This document shows, piece by piece, positions 15,958 through 24,173 of a DNA stretch of 30,995 bases. Every line of letters starts with the position of its first letter. The stretch's first letter is position 1. The position numbers and the translations under genes were made by a program. This DNA comes from Chloroflexota bacterium (GTDB lineage Bacteria; Chloroflexota; Anaerolineae; UBA4142), in contig JACQGS010000041.1 in NCBI GenBank assembly GCA_016199405.1, positions 1 through 30,995 of the forward strand. The letters run 5' to 3'. The notes beneath the pieces are model-generated. The model was given only the letters and a program-made list of their open reading frames with translations. It did not search any database and was not told where the DNA came from.

Positions 15958-15973
15958 ATCAGTCTCTTCGCGA

Positions 15974-16846
15974 ATGGAAAAAATGGATCCCCGTGAAATC
16001 AAAGCCGCGCTCGCGCAAGCGTACGACGCGGCGGCGGAAGATTACGAACGCCTGAGTGTGCCAGTCATGCGCGGACTCGCCAAGCGATTGTTGCAGTACA
16101 TCGATTTGCGACCGGGCTGGCGCGTTTTGGATGCGGGCACCGGCACTGGCTTGCTCGCGCTCGCCGGCGCGCCGCGCGTTGGAAAAACCGGCAAGATGAT
16201 CGGGATCGATCCGTCCGAAAAAATGCTGGCGATTGCGCGTCGCAAAGCCGCGCAGTATGGATTCACGCAGTGCGAATTCGAGCGGGGAGATTTAGAAGGG
16301 TTGAGATTCCCGGACGCGCACTTTCAAGCTGCGCTCTCGCAGTTCGTGTTGCATCATACTGATTTCCCAATTGCGTTACGCGAGCTGGCGCGCGTGTTGG
16401 AGCCAGGCGGATGGTTGGTGTTGCAAGATTGGAGCGGTCAGCGGATCGAGCCGATCGATGTTTTTTATAAAGCCCTCGCTTCGGAACGTGGCGAGAGGGC
16501 AGAGGGTGCACTCGCGTTTTTGCGCGCTCAATCCGATCTCAACGGACAATTTTATCGCGCGTACGCCTACGCGGAGGGAATGCGCGGGGCGTTAGCGGCG
16601 GCTGGATTCGACGCGATCGAATTGCATGAGGAGCAGCCCCCCGCCCGCGCCAAGGATGTGGACGCGTTTTTGGATTTGGTGCTGGTTGCGCCGCTCGCGC
16701 GTGCGGAGTTGGAAGCATTGCCGAAGGGCGGGCGCGAATCGGTGCAGGCGCGCGCGCGGGAGGCGTTGATGCGCTGGATGACGCCGCGCGGGTTTGAGTG
16801 GAATTACTATACGATCGCGGTAGTCGCGCGCAAACGTGCCGCTTAG
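15974..16846 (+). CDS. Class I SAM-dependent methyltransferase (UbiE-like fold)
   Basis: VLDAGTGTG motif I, GIDPSEKML, GDLEGLRFPD, RVLEPGG. Start is ATG 15974 or 15983; the 15884 extension translates the MITE. Confidence 0.9.
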   Translation: MEKMDPREIKAALAQAYDAAAEDYERLSVPVMRGLAKRLLQYIDLRPGWRVLDAGTGTGLLALAGAPRVGKTGKMIGIDPSEKMLAIARRKAAQYGFTQCEFERGDLEGLRFPDAHFQAALSQFVLHHTDFPIALRELARVLEPGGWLVLQDWSGQRIEPIDVFYKALASERGERAEGALAFLRAQSDLNGQFYRAYAYAEGMRGALAAAGFDAIELHEEQPPARAKDVDAFLDLVLVAPLARAELEALPKGGRESVQARAREALMRWMTPRGFEWNYYTIAVVARKRAA

Positions 16847-16986
16847 GGTACCGCGTTCGTGACGCGGCTGAACAGATTGCCGATAAAGTTGCCGTAGGCG
16901 GCGACGACGGCAATGACGATGAGGAAAACAAAAACCAGAATAAGTGCGTACTCGGTTAATGCTGCGCCGCGCGCGCGTTGGAACAT
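16843..16986 (-). CDS. flp: Flp-family type IVb pilin (47 aa)
   Basis: Not in the ORF track. MFQRARG|AALTEYALILVFVFLIVIAVVAAYGNFIGNLFSRVTNAVP: Gly at the cleavage site, Glu+5, Tyr+6 and a hydrophobic helix. Strong SD GGAGGTGA 5 nt before the ATG. Confidence 0.88.
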   Translation of the reverse strand: MFQRARGAALTEYALILVFVFLIVIAVVAAYGNFIGNLFSRVTNAVP

Positions 16987-16987
16987 G

Positions 16988-19639
16988 CTAATCACCTCCT
17001 TGCGTCAGATGGGATTCCGTGTCTTTTCGAGTGAGCCGTTCGCGTTCCAAAACCGATTGATATAATTCCGCATTTGCAATCGCCGCACCCAAGTGATCGG
17101 CGAAGGCCGTAATAATCTTTGTATCCTCTTCGGCTAGTTCACTCTCTCCATAAACCTGGATTGCCAAAACGCCAAGGACGTGCGCGTCGCGGTGAATGGG
17201 CGCGGCAATTTCCTTGAGGACCCCGGCGCCGGCTTTCGGCGGGTTCGTTTCGCGCGTCACTCGACCAAAGGCAACTTGTCCGCTCTTCGCCGCGCGTTCT
17301 GCCAGCGCACTATTCGACGCGCCGGCCGGCGAATGCTCGTATCCAATTTTGGTTTTGAGCACGAGTTGCTCATTTTCGCAACGATAAATCGAAACGTGGG
17401 AATAGCCAAACGCATCGGCTAACCCCCGCACGGTCTTGCCGAAAATATCGGTGAGGTCGAGCGAGGCGCTGATCGCGCGGCTGATTTCGTTCAACAACTC
17501 TAACTCGCGTGCCCGTTGGGCGGCGGTCGCAAATAGCCGCGCGTTTTCCAGCGCGAGCGCGGCTTGCTGACCCACGGCGAGCAAGAAACGCTCGTCGCTG
17601 GCAGAGAAAGCATTCGGTTTGAAACTCTGTACCGACAAAACGCCGATGACGCGATCTTGAATCAGCATCGGTACGCCGAGCCAACTTCGCGCGGGACGCG
17701 TTTCGTGGCGCGGGCGAACCGGCAGCTGGTTACGTTCTTTTTCAAGATCGTCCACGCGTAAGCCCTTGCGGGTTTGGACGATCCAGGTCGTCAAGCCGGG
17801 CGCTTCCATTCGCAATGTAAATCCGCGCAACTCCCATCCTTCTTCCACTGCCATTTCGATTTTAACTTCTTGCCGCGCTTCATCATACAAGCCGACGAAA
17901 AAAGTATCCGGATCGATCACGCGTTGCACTTGCGTATGCAAAAGGCGAAGCTGCTCGTGCAAATCGAGTGTCGATGTCAACGCCAGTCCGATCTCGCGGA
18001 GCGATCCTAGCTCTTCCGCGCGACGATTGGCTTCGTCATAGAGACGCGTATTTTCGAGCGCGACGGCAAGTTGTTGCCCAATCGCGCTCAAGAGCGTGAG
18101 ATCGCTGGGTCCAACCCTCGCGGCTTCACGATGCCCAACGAGCAAGACCCCGGCGACGCGATCTTTGGACGCGATGGGCACGGCGGCAATGGTTTGCGCG
18201 TCTTCAAATGTTTGAAAAGTTTTCATTTCCGGATCGTCGTCTTGAGAGAGGACGATGGGCGTGTTAGTTTGAAACACGCGCCGCGCCAATGCTGGCGGAT
18301 TCGCGCGCGCATTTTCTAATGCCAGGAAGGATAATCCTTGTTGCGCGACGATGGACAGTTCGGAGTTGACCTCGCTCTTTAGCCAGACGATACCGATGGA
18401 CGCTTCAAGGACGTTCAATACAGCTTCGAGCGCGCGGGCGAGCAATTCTGCCGGCGGCAGAAATTGTGCGACCCGCCGCGTGGATTCGTACAAAGCCGTG
18501 AGTTCGCGCGCGCGGCGTTCGACTTGCGAATAAAGCGAAGCATTCCCAATCGCCAGCGCGGCTTGATCGGCAAGCGCATTCATCAAGTTTTGCTCATCAC
18601 GCGTGAACACGTGCGATGCTTGAAATGCCACGTTCATCACGCCGACGACGCGATCAGATTTTTTGAGCGGAAACGAGCCAATCGATTTTGTATTCCATGG
18701 CGGTGCTGCGGTTATCGGAAAAAGTGGATGACCTGCGACATCATCAATGAGCAGCGGCTCTTTGCTTTTGGCAACGGCGTGCGTTAACCCTTCTGCGCGG
18801 GGAGCGGTGAGTTCCCGGTGATTTGGCTCGTCTGCCCAAATCGCGATTCCGTATTCAAGCCGATCCGTTTCGGAATCGTACAAGAATATATGCACATCGT
18901 CGGCGTGGATTAGTTTCAGCGCGCTTTTTCCAATGGTGTCGAGGACTTGATTCAAATTCAAAGAAGCCGTCAGTTGCTCGCCAATCTCGCGGAGGGCGAC
19001 CAACTCACCGACGCGTTGCGCGAGTTCCGCTGAAGTCTGCGACAGACTGGCTTCGCGCCCGCGTAACTGTTCGGCGACCGCGCGCAAGTTATTCAAGCCC
19101 AGATACACAATCACCGCGATAAAAACGAGCGTGACGTAAATAAAGAGGGGGTTGCTGTACTCGGTCTCCAGCGGAAGTCCAATGGTGAGATGCGGAAGGA
19201 CGCGTGAAAATTCAAGGAACGCGTTTAGCCCCAGCGCCGCAAGCGCGCTCAAACTGGCGACCAAGCCCACGCGGGGACCGGCTTGCAGATCGATCACGAA
19301 AAGATACGCGACGAGTAGAAAGAGAAATGGACTTTCAATGCCGCCCGTGACGCGAATCGCGACGAGGAATAAAAGCAAGTCTATCGTGATGCGCGTATAA
19401 AGTAGCGTCGTCAATAGGCGCGGACCCGTAGCGGGCGCGCGATTCACGCGTGACGCCAGCGCGGCGATTAAGGACTGGCTTACGGCAGCGACACCAATGA
19501 GCGCCGTCAGCCCACCCAAGTTAAAGCGCATAAAGTGGTTGCCAATCAAATGCAAACCGCCGAGCACCAGGAGAGTCAGCCAACGGAGTCGGACGGTGCG
19601 CGGATTGACGAGACTGGCAAACGTTTTTTCAGTTTCCAT
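16988..19639 (-). CDS. Multi-TM sensor with four GAF domains and no output domain
   Basis: N-terminal TM bundle with a D...TGGIESPF motif, a coiled coil, and four GAF repeats ending AIGNASLY, ALENTRLY, ALENARLF and AIANAELY; stop 20 codons after the last. Confidence 0.85.
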   Translation of the reverse strand: METEKTFASLVNPRTVRLRWLTLLVLGGLHLIGNHFMRFNLGGLTALIGVAAVSQSLIAALASRVNRAPATGPRLLTTLLYTRITIDLLLFLVAIRVTGGIESPFLFLLVAYLFVIDLQAGPRVGLVASLSALAALGLNAFLEFSRVLPHLTIGLPLETEYSNPLFIYVTLVFIAVIVYLGLNNLRAVAEQLRGREASLSQTSAELAQRVGELVALREIGEQLTASLNLNQVLDTIGKSALKLIHADDVHIFLYDSETDRLEYGIAIWADEPNHRELTAPRAEGLTHAVAKSKEPLLIDDVAGHPLFPITAAPPWNTKSIGSFPLKKSDRVVGVMNVAFQASHVFTRDEQNLMNALADQAALAIGNASLYSQVERRARELTALYESTRRVAQFLPPAELLARALEAVLNVLEASIGIVWLKSEVNSELSIVAQQGLSFLALENARANPPALARRVFQTNTPIVLSQDDDPEMKTFQTFEDAQTIAAVPIASKDRVAGVLLVGHREAARVGPSDLTLLSAIGQQLAVALENTRLYDEANRRAEELGSLREIGLALTSTLDLHEQLRLLHTQVQRVIDPDTFFVGLYDEARQEVKIEMAVEEGWELRGFTLRMEAPGLTTWIVQTRKGLRVDDLEKERNQLPVRPRHETRPARSWLGVPMLIQDRVIGVLSVQSFKPNAFSASDERFLLAVGQQAALALENARLFATAAQRARELELLNEISRAISASLDLTDIFGKTVRGLADAFGYSHVSIYRCENEQLVLKTKIGYEHSPAGASNSALAERAAKSGQVAFGRVTRETNPPKAGAGVLKEIAAPIHRDAHVLGVLAIQVYGESELAEEDTKIITAFADHLGAAIANAELYQSVLERERLTRKDTESHLTQGGD

Positions 19640-19700
19640 CAGTTTTACCGGAATAATTGCTTATGAAAGTTGCCCTTGCGTTCACAAAACGCGAATCCAT

Positions 19701-19729
19701 TTGGTAAATTGTACGCTCCAGTCTATAAT
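19701..19729 (+). promoter_or_regulatory. Sigma70 promoter, probably giving a leaderless mRNA
   Basis: TTGGTA-17 nt-TATAAT; in-frame GTG 7 nt downstream (19737). Confidence 0.6.
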
Positions 19730-19736
19730 AGAACGC

Positions 19737-22118
19737 GTGAATGCGCTAGTCAATCGAACAAGGGTACTGTGGAACGCGCCCGACGTACGGCTACGCGCCG
19801 GATTGTTCTTGATCGCGCTGGCCGCGTATCTCCGAACCATGGCGCCGACGGTTTTGGATGGCGATAACGCCGAGTTTCAATATATGGCGTTCATTCTCGG
19901 CGTGCCGCATTCAAGCGGCTACCCGCTTTACATCCTCCTGACGAAACTGATGACCTTCCTACCGATTGGCGATGTCGCCTACCGCGTGAATTTATTTTCC
20001 GTGCTGTGCGCGGCGCTCGCGATTTCGTTGGTTTATGCGGTGGCAATGCGTGTGGTACACGCGCGCATCCCCGCGCTTTTGGCAACGCTCATCTTCGCCG
20101 TCACGCCGTCGGTCTGGGGCAGCGCGGTCGAAGTCAAGCCGTACTCGTTTCATTTGCTTTTGGGCGTGCTGACGATTCTCTTTGCGTTGCGTTGGCATCA
20201 GGAAGGGAATCGGCGCGATTTCTTTGCGCTGGCATTTGTGTACGGTTTGGGTTTGACTAACCATCACGTCATTCTTTTTCTTGCGCCCGCGCTCGCCTTG
20301 CTCGTTTGGCTCCATCGCCAGCAGATCAATCGCGCGATGGTCGCGCGCGGCGCAGTGTTGGCATTATTGCCTCTGTTACTTTACGCGTACCTGCCCCTGC
20401 GCGCCGATCATTTTATCCAACAGCAGGATCCGGAGAATTGGAAACTTTATACGCGCTCGGATGCAATTCTCAAAGGAACCGTCACGGCGTATTACAATCA
20501 TACGCCGCAAGGCGTTTTTGCTCTCATCACCGGCTTGGACAACAGTTACAAATTGGGATTCAAATCCGAGGAAGAACAAACCAGCCGGACGAGCACCGCC
20601 TTGAATTTATTGCTCGAGCAATTTGGATTCGCCGGGGCGGCGCTGGCGGCAGTGGGCGCGTGGGCGGCGTGGCGGCGGAATCGCCGCGAGTTTGCGTTCT
20701 TGGCGCTCGCCGGCGCGGGCATCGCGTTCATCGCGATTTATTTGCGGGGGATTTCGACCGTCTTTTACTTTTCGCTCGCGTATTTCATTCTCGCGTTGTG
20801 GATTGCCGATGGCTTTGCCGCGCTGTTGCGCTGGGGTGCGCGCGTGCGCGCGGAATCGCGCCACGCGTTCACGCGCCGGCTCGCGCAGCCGCGCATGATC
20901 GGCGCGATCCTCGCGCTCTTGCCCCTGACCGCGTTCGCCGCGAATTTTTCCAAGCTCGATCAGTCCAACGCGTATCTTGCGCGCGAGTACGCGCAACAAG
21001 TGCTTGCCGATCATCTCGCGCCGAACGCGGTCGTCATTGCGCCGTGGGAAGTGGCAGAAACGCTCCGCTATTTGCAATTCGTCGAGCATCAGCGCGAAGA
21101 TTTGCTCATCGTCAACGTTAGCCCGGTGCAACAACAATTTGAAACGATGCGCGTCAACGCGCGTACGCTCAATCGCCCGTTTTATCAGATTCAATTCAAT
21201 CCGGAAGACTACAACGCGCCTGGACCGCGGACTGTGCAAGCCATCCCGCTTCCGCTTTTGCAGCCGCCGCAGCCGCGCTACGCGCTCAACAAAAGCATTT
21301 TGGATGAAGTGAACGTGATCGGATATGATTTTGAGCCGGATCCACCCGAGCCCGGCAAACCGACGCGCTTGCTAATTTATTATCGCACGCTCGGACGAAT
21401 GTTTCCGATTTACTCTAGCTATCTAGACGTGAACGATCTGCTGGATCGAGCGTGGCTAGAACAGAGTGGTTTTCCCGGTTCGTTTTACTTTCCAACTTTT
21501 CGCTGGCAGCCCGGTGATATTTATCGCGAGGCGTGGTTGTTCACGCTGCCGCCGAATGCGCCGAACGGTTTGTATCATCTCGGCTTGAGTTGGTACGTTT
21601 ACGATCTCGACACGCGCAAAACCGATTACAGTCGCGAATTTTCTATATCTCTCGGCACGATTCGCGTTGGCGCAACGCCGACGCTCGCTTCGATTACGCG
21701 CCGCGTCGACGCGAGCAGCGCGCGCGGAATCGCGTTCGTTGGTTGGAATGCCGATCCCGCGCCGACGAATGATGTGATGATGCTCGCGCGCGGTCAGTCG
21801 CTCGATTTGGATTTATTTTGGCGCGCCGAACAAGCGATTCCGGAATCGTACACGGTTTTTGTGCATCTCGTTGACTCGACCGGCAAAGTATTTGCCGATG
21901 CAGACAGCCCGCCCTCGCGCGGCATTTTTCCGACCGATCGTTGGACGCCGGGCGAGATCGTGCGCGACCGGCATGCGCTCGTGATTCCAGCCGATCTCGC
22001 GCCCGGCGAATACGAGATCGAAATTGGAATGTATTTGCCATCAACCAATCAACGCCTCGCGTTCAATCGCGCGAGTCCGAATGATCGAATCGTTCTGACG
22101 CCGGTGCAAGTCAAATAG
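19737..22118 (+). CDS. DUF2723 (TMEM260-like) GT-C glycosyltransferase with C-terminal beta-sandwich domains
   Basis: TMAPTVLDGDNAEFQ...LGVPHSSGYPLY signature, GLGLTNH, many TMs; two C-terminal repeats of the type YTVFVHL...D..P....PT..W.PGE. The track start 19497 overlaps the divergent gene, so GTG 19737 is used. Confidence 0.82.
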   Translation: MNALVNRTRVLWNAPDVRLRAGLFLIALAAYLRTMAPTVLDGDNAEFQYMAFILGVPHSSGYPLYILLTKLMTFLPIGDVAYRVNLFSVLCAALAISLVYAVAMRVVHARIPALLATLIFAVTPSVWGSAVEVKPYSFHLLLGVLTILFALRWHQEGNRRDFFALAFVYGLGLTNHHVILFLAPALALLVWLHRQQINRAMVARGAVLALLPLLLYAYLPLRADHFIQQQDPENWKLYTRSDAILKGTVTAYYNHTPQGVFALITGLDNSYKLGFKSEEEQTSRTSTALNLLLEQFGFAGAALAAVGAWAAWRRNRREFAFLALAGAGIAFIAIYLRGISTVFYFSLAYFILALWIADGFAALLRWGARVRAESRHAFTRRLAQPRMIGAILALLPLTAFAANFSKLDQSNAYLAREYAQQVLADHLAPNAVVIAPWEVAETLRYLQFVEHQREDLLIVNVSPVQQQFETMRVNARTLNRPFYQIQFNPEDYNAPGPRTVQAIPLPLLQPPQPRYALNKSILDEVNVIGYDFEPDPPEPGKPTRLLIYYRTLGRMFPIYSSYLDVNDLLDRAWLEQSGFPGSFYFPTFRWQPGDIYREAWLFTLPPNAPNGLYHLGLSWYVYDLDTRKTDYSREFSISLGTIRVGATPTLASITRRVDASSARGIAFVGWNADPAPTNDVMMLARGQSLDLDLFWRAEQAIPESYTVFVHLVDSTGKVFADADSPPSRGIFPTDRWTPGEIVRDRHALVIPADLAPGEYEIEIGMYLPSTNQRLAFNRASPNDRIVLTPVQVK

Positions 22119-24136
22119 TGCGCGCCCAAGAACCCTGCACTAATTTTTCCATCACTGTGTTGAATTCCAATCTGATCAAACGTATTCCCTTTGGGCTGAT
22201 CTTGATCGTTTTGCTCGGCACGCTGCTTCGGTTCTATGCTATCGACCGGCTCCCGCCCGGTCTTTTTGGCGATGAAGCGGTGGAAGGACTAGACGCGCTT
22301 GATATTCTAGCGGGCAATTGGCAAATTTGGTTTCACGCGCATTTGGGGCGCGAGCCGCTATTTGTCTATCTTGTCGCAACCTCCTATTTTTTCTTTGGCG
22401 TTAGCCCGTTTGCAACACGCCTGCCGGCAATCCTCGCCGGCATCGTGACGATTCCCGCCGCGTACTGGCTCACGCGCGAATGGTGCGCGCAACTATTTTC
22501 CGCCGAACGCGCGCGGCGCATCGCAATTCTTACGGCGTTGCTGCTGGCGATTTCGTTTTGGCATCTTGAACTCTCGCGCAACGCGCATCGCGATATTTTG
22601 CTGCCGCTCGTTCAAGCGGTGGGCTATGCGGTGCTGTGGCGCGCGATTCGTTTGCGCGAGGTTCGACTGTACGCGCTTGCCGGCGCGATCCTCGGACTGG
22701 CGATATACACGTATTCGCCCGGCAGATTCGTTGGAGTTTTCATCGCCGCGTTCTGTGCGCTCGAGCTCTTTCTCGCGCGATACGCGCGGCGCGTTCGCGA
22801 ACTCTCGACCGTTTCATTCAATGGGCGCGGCTTTTGGCTTGCCGGCGGCGCGGCATTGCTCGTGATGCTTCCGCTCGGAATTTATTTCGCGCAAAACCCG
22901 GCGCAATTCAGCCGGCGCTTTGAGAGCGTTTCAATTTTGCGCGCAGAGCAGCCGTTGTCCGTCTTGAGCGAAAGCATTGCCGGCAATCTCGCGATGTTCG
23001 TTGTTCCCGGCGCGGGCTACGCGAGCACGCACTACAACTTGCCGGGCAAGCCGGTCTTTGATTTATTTCTCGCGCCGTGGTTCATTGCCGGCATTGTGCT
23101 TGCCTTCGCGCGCGCGCGCCGCGCCGAATATCGATTTTTGCTATTATGGTTTTTCATTATGCTGATGCCGGCTTTCCTCACGTCCGATATGATTCCCAAA
23201 GGCGTCCGCGATTTTGGCGTCGTTCCCGGCGTTTTTGTTTTTCCGGCGCTGGCGGCGGATTGGGTGCTGGGAAAATTTGGGACGCGAAAGGACGCGAAAG
23301 ACGCGAAAGGCACGATAGAAACGAAAGGCGTGAATCGTGGTTTGACTTTGCCGCATTTGGTAATTGCATTCTCGCTGGTTGCAAGCGCGTTGCTCACGGT
23401 CAACGATTATTTTTTCGAGTGGGCAAAATTGCCGACGCTTCCGACCGCGTTCGATCAAGATTACGCGCAGGTCGCGGCATTTGTGCGCCGCGAGCCGGCG
23501 AACGAACCCATTTACGTTTCCGCCGAAGTGTACCGCCATCCGACCTTTATGCTACTCGGGCAACAGATTCCGACCTCGCGCTATTTTGATCGCGCGACGC
23601 ACGTGCGCGAATTCGACGCGCGCTCTGCGCTCGTCGCCGGCGCCGATGATGCGAACGCGGCGTACGTTTTTCTTGGCGATTACGCGCCCAGCGCGGGGTG
23701 GCTTGCGCGCATAGCCGTACCTGCCGCGCCGCTTGAGCAGCACGAAAATTTTTCTGTCTTTCGGCTCGCGCGACTCCAGTCGCCACAGCAAATGCTCAAG
23801 GAATCGTTCAATCCATTTTTGAAACTCGTTGGCGTTGCGCGTTTTGCCGACGATCCGCGCGGGCTCGCGCTGTATTGGCAAGTGACCACGTTGCCGGATG
23901 ATCGCGCGGAGACGCAGGCACGCAGCGTGCTGTTTGATGCGCGTAGCCAGCCGCTTACGCAATTCGAGCATCGCATCGGAGTGCCGCCAATGGATTGGCA
24001 CATCGGCGATGTGATTGTGGACTGGTTCGAAATCGAATTGCCGGCGAATGCCGCGCGCTTTTCGGCGCAACTCGAGCGCGGCGCGGAGAAATGGGAATCA
24101 GCGCCGATTGCGTTTGACGACCTCCGCGGCAAATAA
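22118..24136 (+). CDS. ArnT/PMT_2-like GT-C glycosyltransferase
   Basis: PPGLFGDEA catalytic-loop motif, GREPLFVYL, FATRLPA, YTYSPGR; multiple TMs. Exact start uncertain. Confidence 0.8.
   Translation: MRAQEPCTNFSITVLNSNLIKRIPFGLILIVLLGTLLRFYAIDRLPPGLFGDEAVEGLDALDILAGNWQIWFHAHLGREPLFVYLVATSYFFFGVSPFATRLPAILAGIVTIPAAYWLTREWCAQLFSAERARRIAILTALLLAISFWHLELSRNAHRDILLPLVQAVGYAVLWRAIRLREVRLYALAGAILGLAIYTYSPGRFVGVFIAAFCALELFLARYARRVRELSTVSFNGRGFWLAGGAALLVMLPLGIYFAQNPAQFSRRFESVSILRAEQPLSVLSESIAGNLAMFVVPGAGYASTHYNLPGKPVFDLFLAPWFIAGIVLAFARARRAEYRFLLLWFFIMLMPAFLTSDMIPKGVRDFGVVPGVFVFPALAADWVLGKFGTRKDAKDAKGTIETKGVNRGLTLPHLVIAFSLVASALLTVNDYFFEWAKLPTLPTAFDQDYAQVAAFVRREPANEPIYVSAEVYRHPTFMLLGQQIPTSRYFDRATHVREFDARSALVAGADDANAAYVFLGDYAPSAGWLARIAVPAAPLEQHENFSVFRLARLQSPQQMLKESFNPFLKLVGVARFADDPRGLALYWQVTTLPDDRAETQARSVLFDARSQPLTQFEHRIGVPPMDWHIGDVIVDWFEIELPANAARFSAQLERGAEKWESAPIAFDDLRGK
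23281..23310 (+). repeat. Three ACGCGAAAG units in-frame within the ArnT-like gene
   Basis: GACGCGAAAG-GACGCGAAAG-ACGCGAAAG encodes TRKDAKDAK; same unit as the arrays at 28811 and 29768. Confidence 0.85.
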
Positions 24137-24173
24137 TCCAATCACCTAATCACCGAATTTCAGTTATCCACCC

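Noticed and set aside
15750-15973. ORF-track starts at 15803 (-) and 15884 (+); likewise 19497, 12053 and 1183
   Set aside because: The extensions run through promoters, the MITE or the neighbouring gene; better-placed starts exist.
19428-19457. GTAGCGGGCGCGCGATTCACGCG in the GAF gene as another degenerate GTAG REP insert
   Set aside because: Pairing is weak and GCGC words are common at this GC content; an orthologue alignment would be needed.
20835-20880. Possible heptamer-like inserts in DUF2723 #1 (RAESRHAFTRR) and in the YfhO-like gene (RVGNARF, RGNARGTNTR)
   Set aside because: Periodicity is too degenerate to call without alignments.
24137-24165. CAATCACC-TAATCACC short tandem in the intergenic gap
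   Set aside because: Only two good units; too short to separate from chance.
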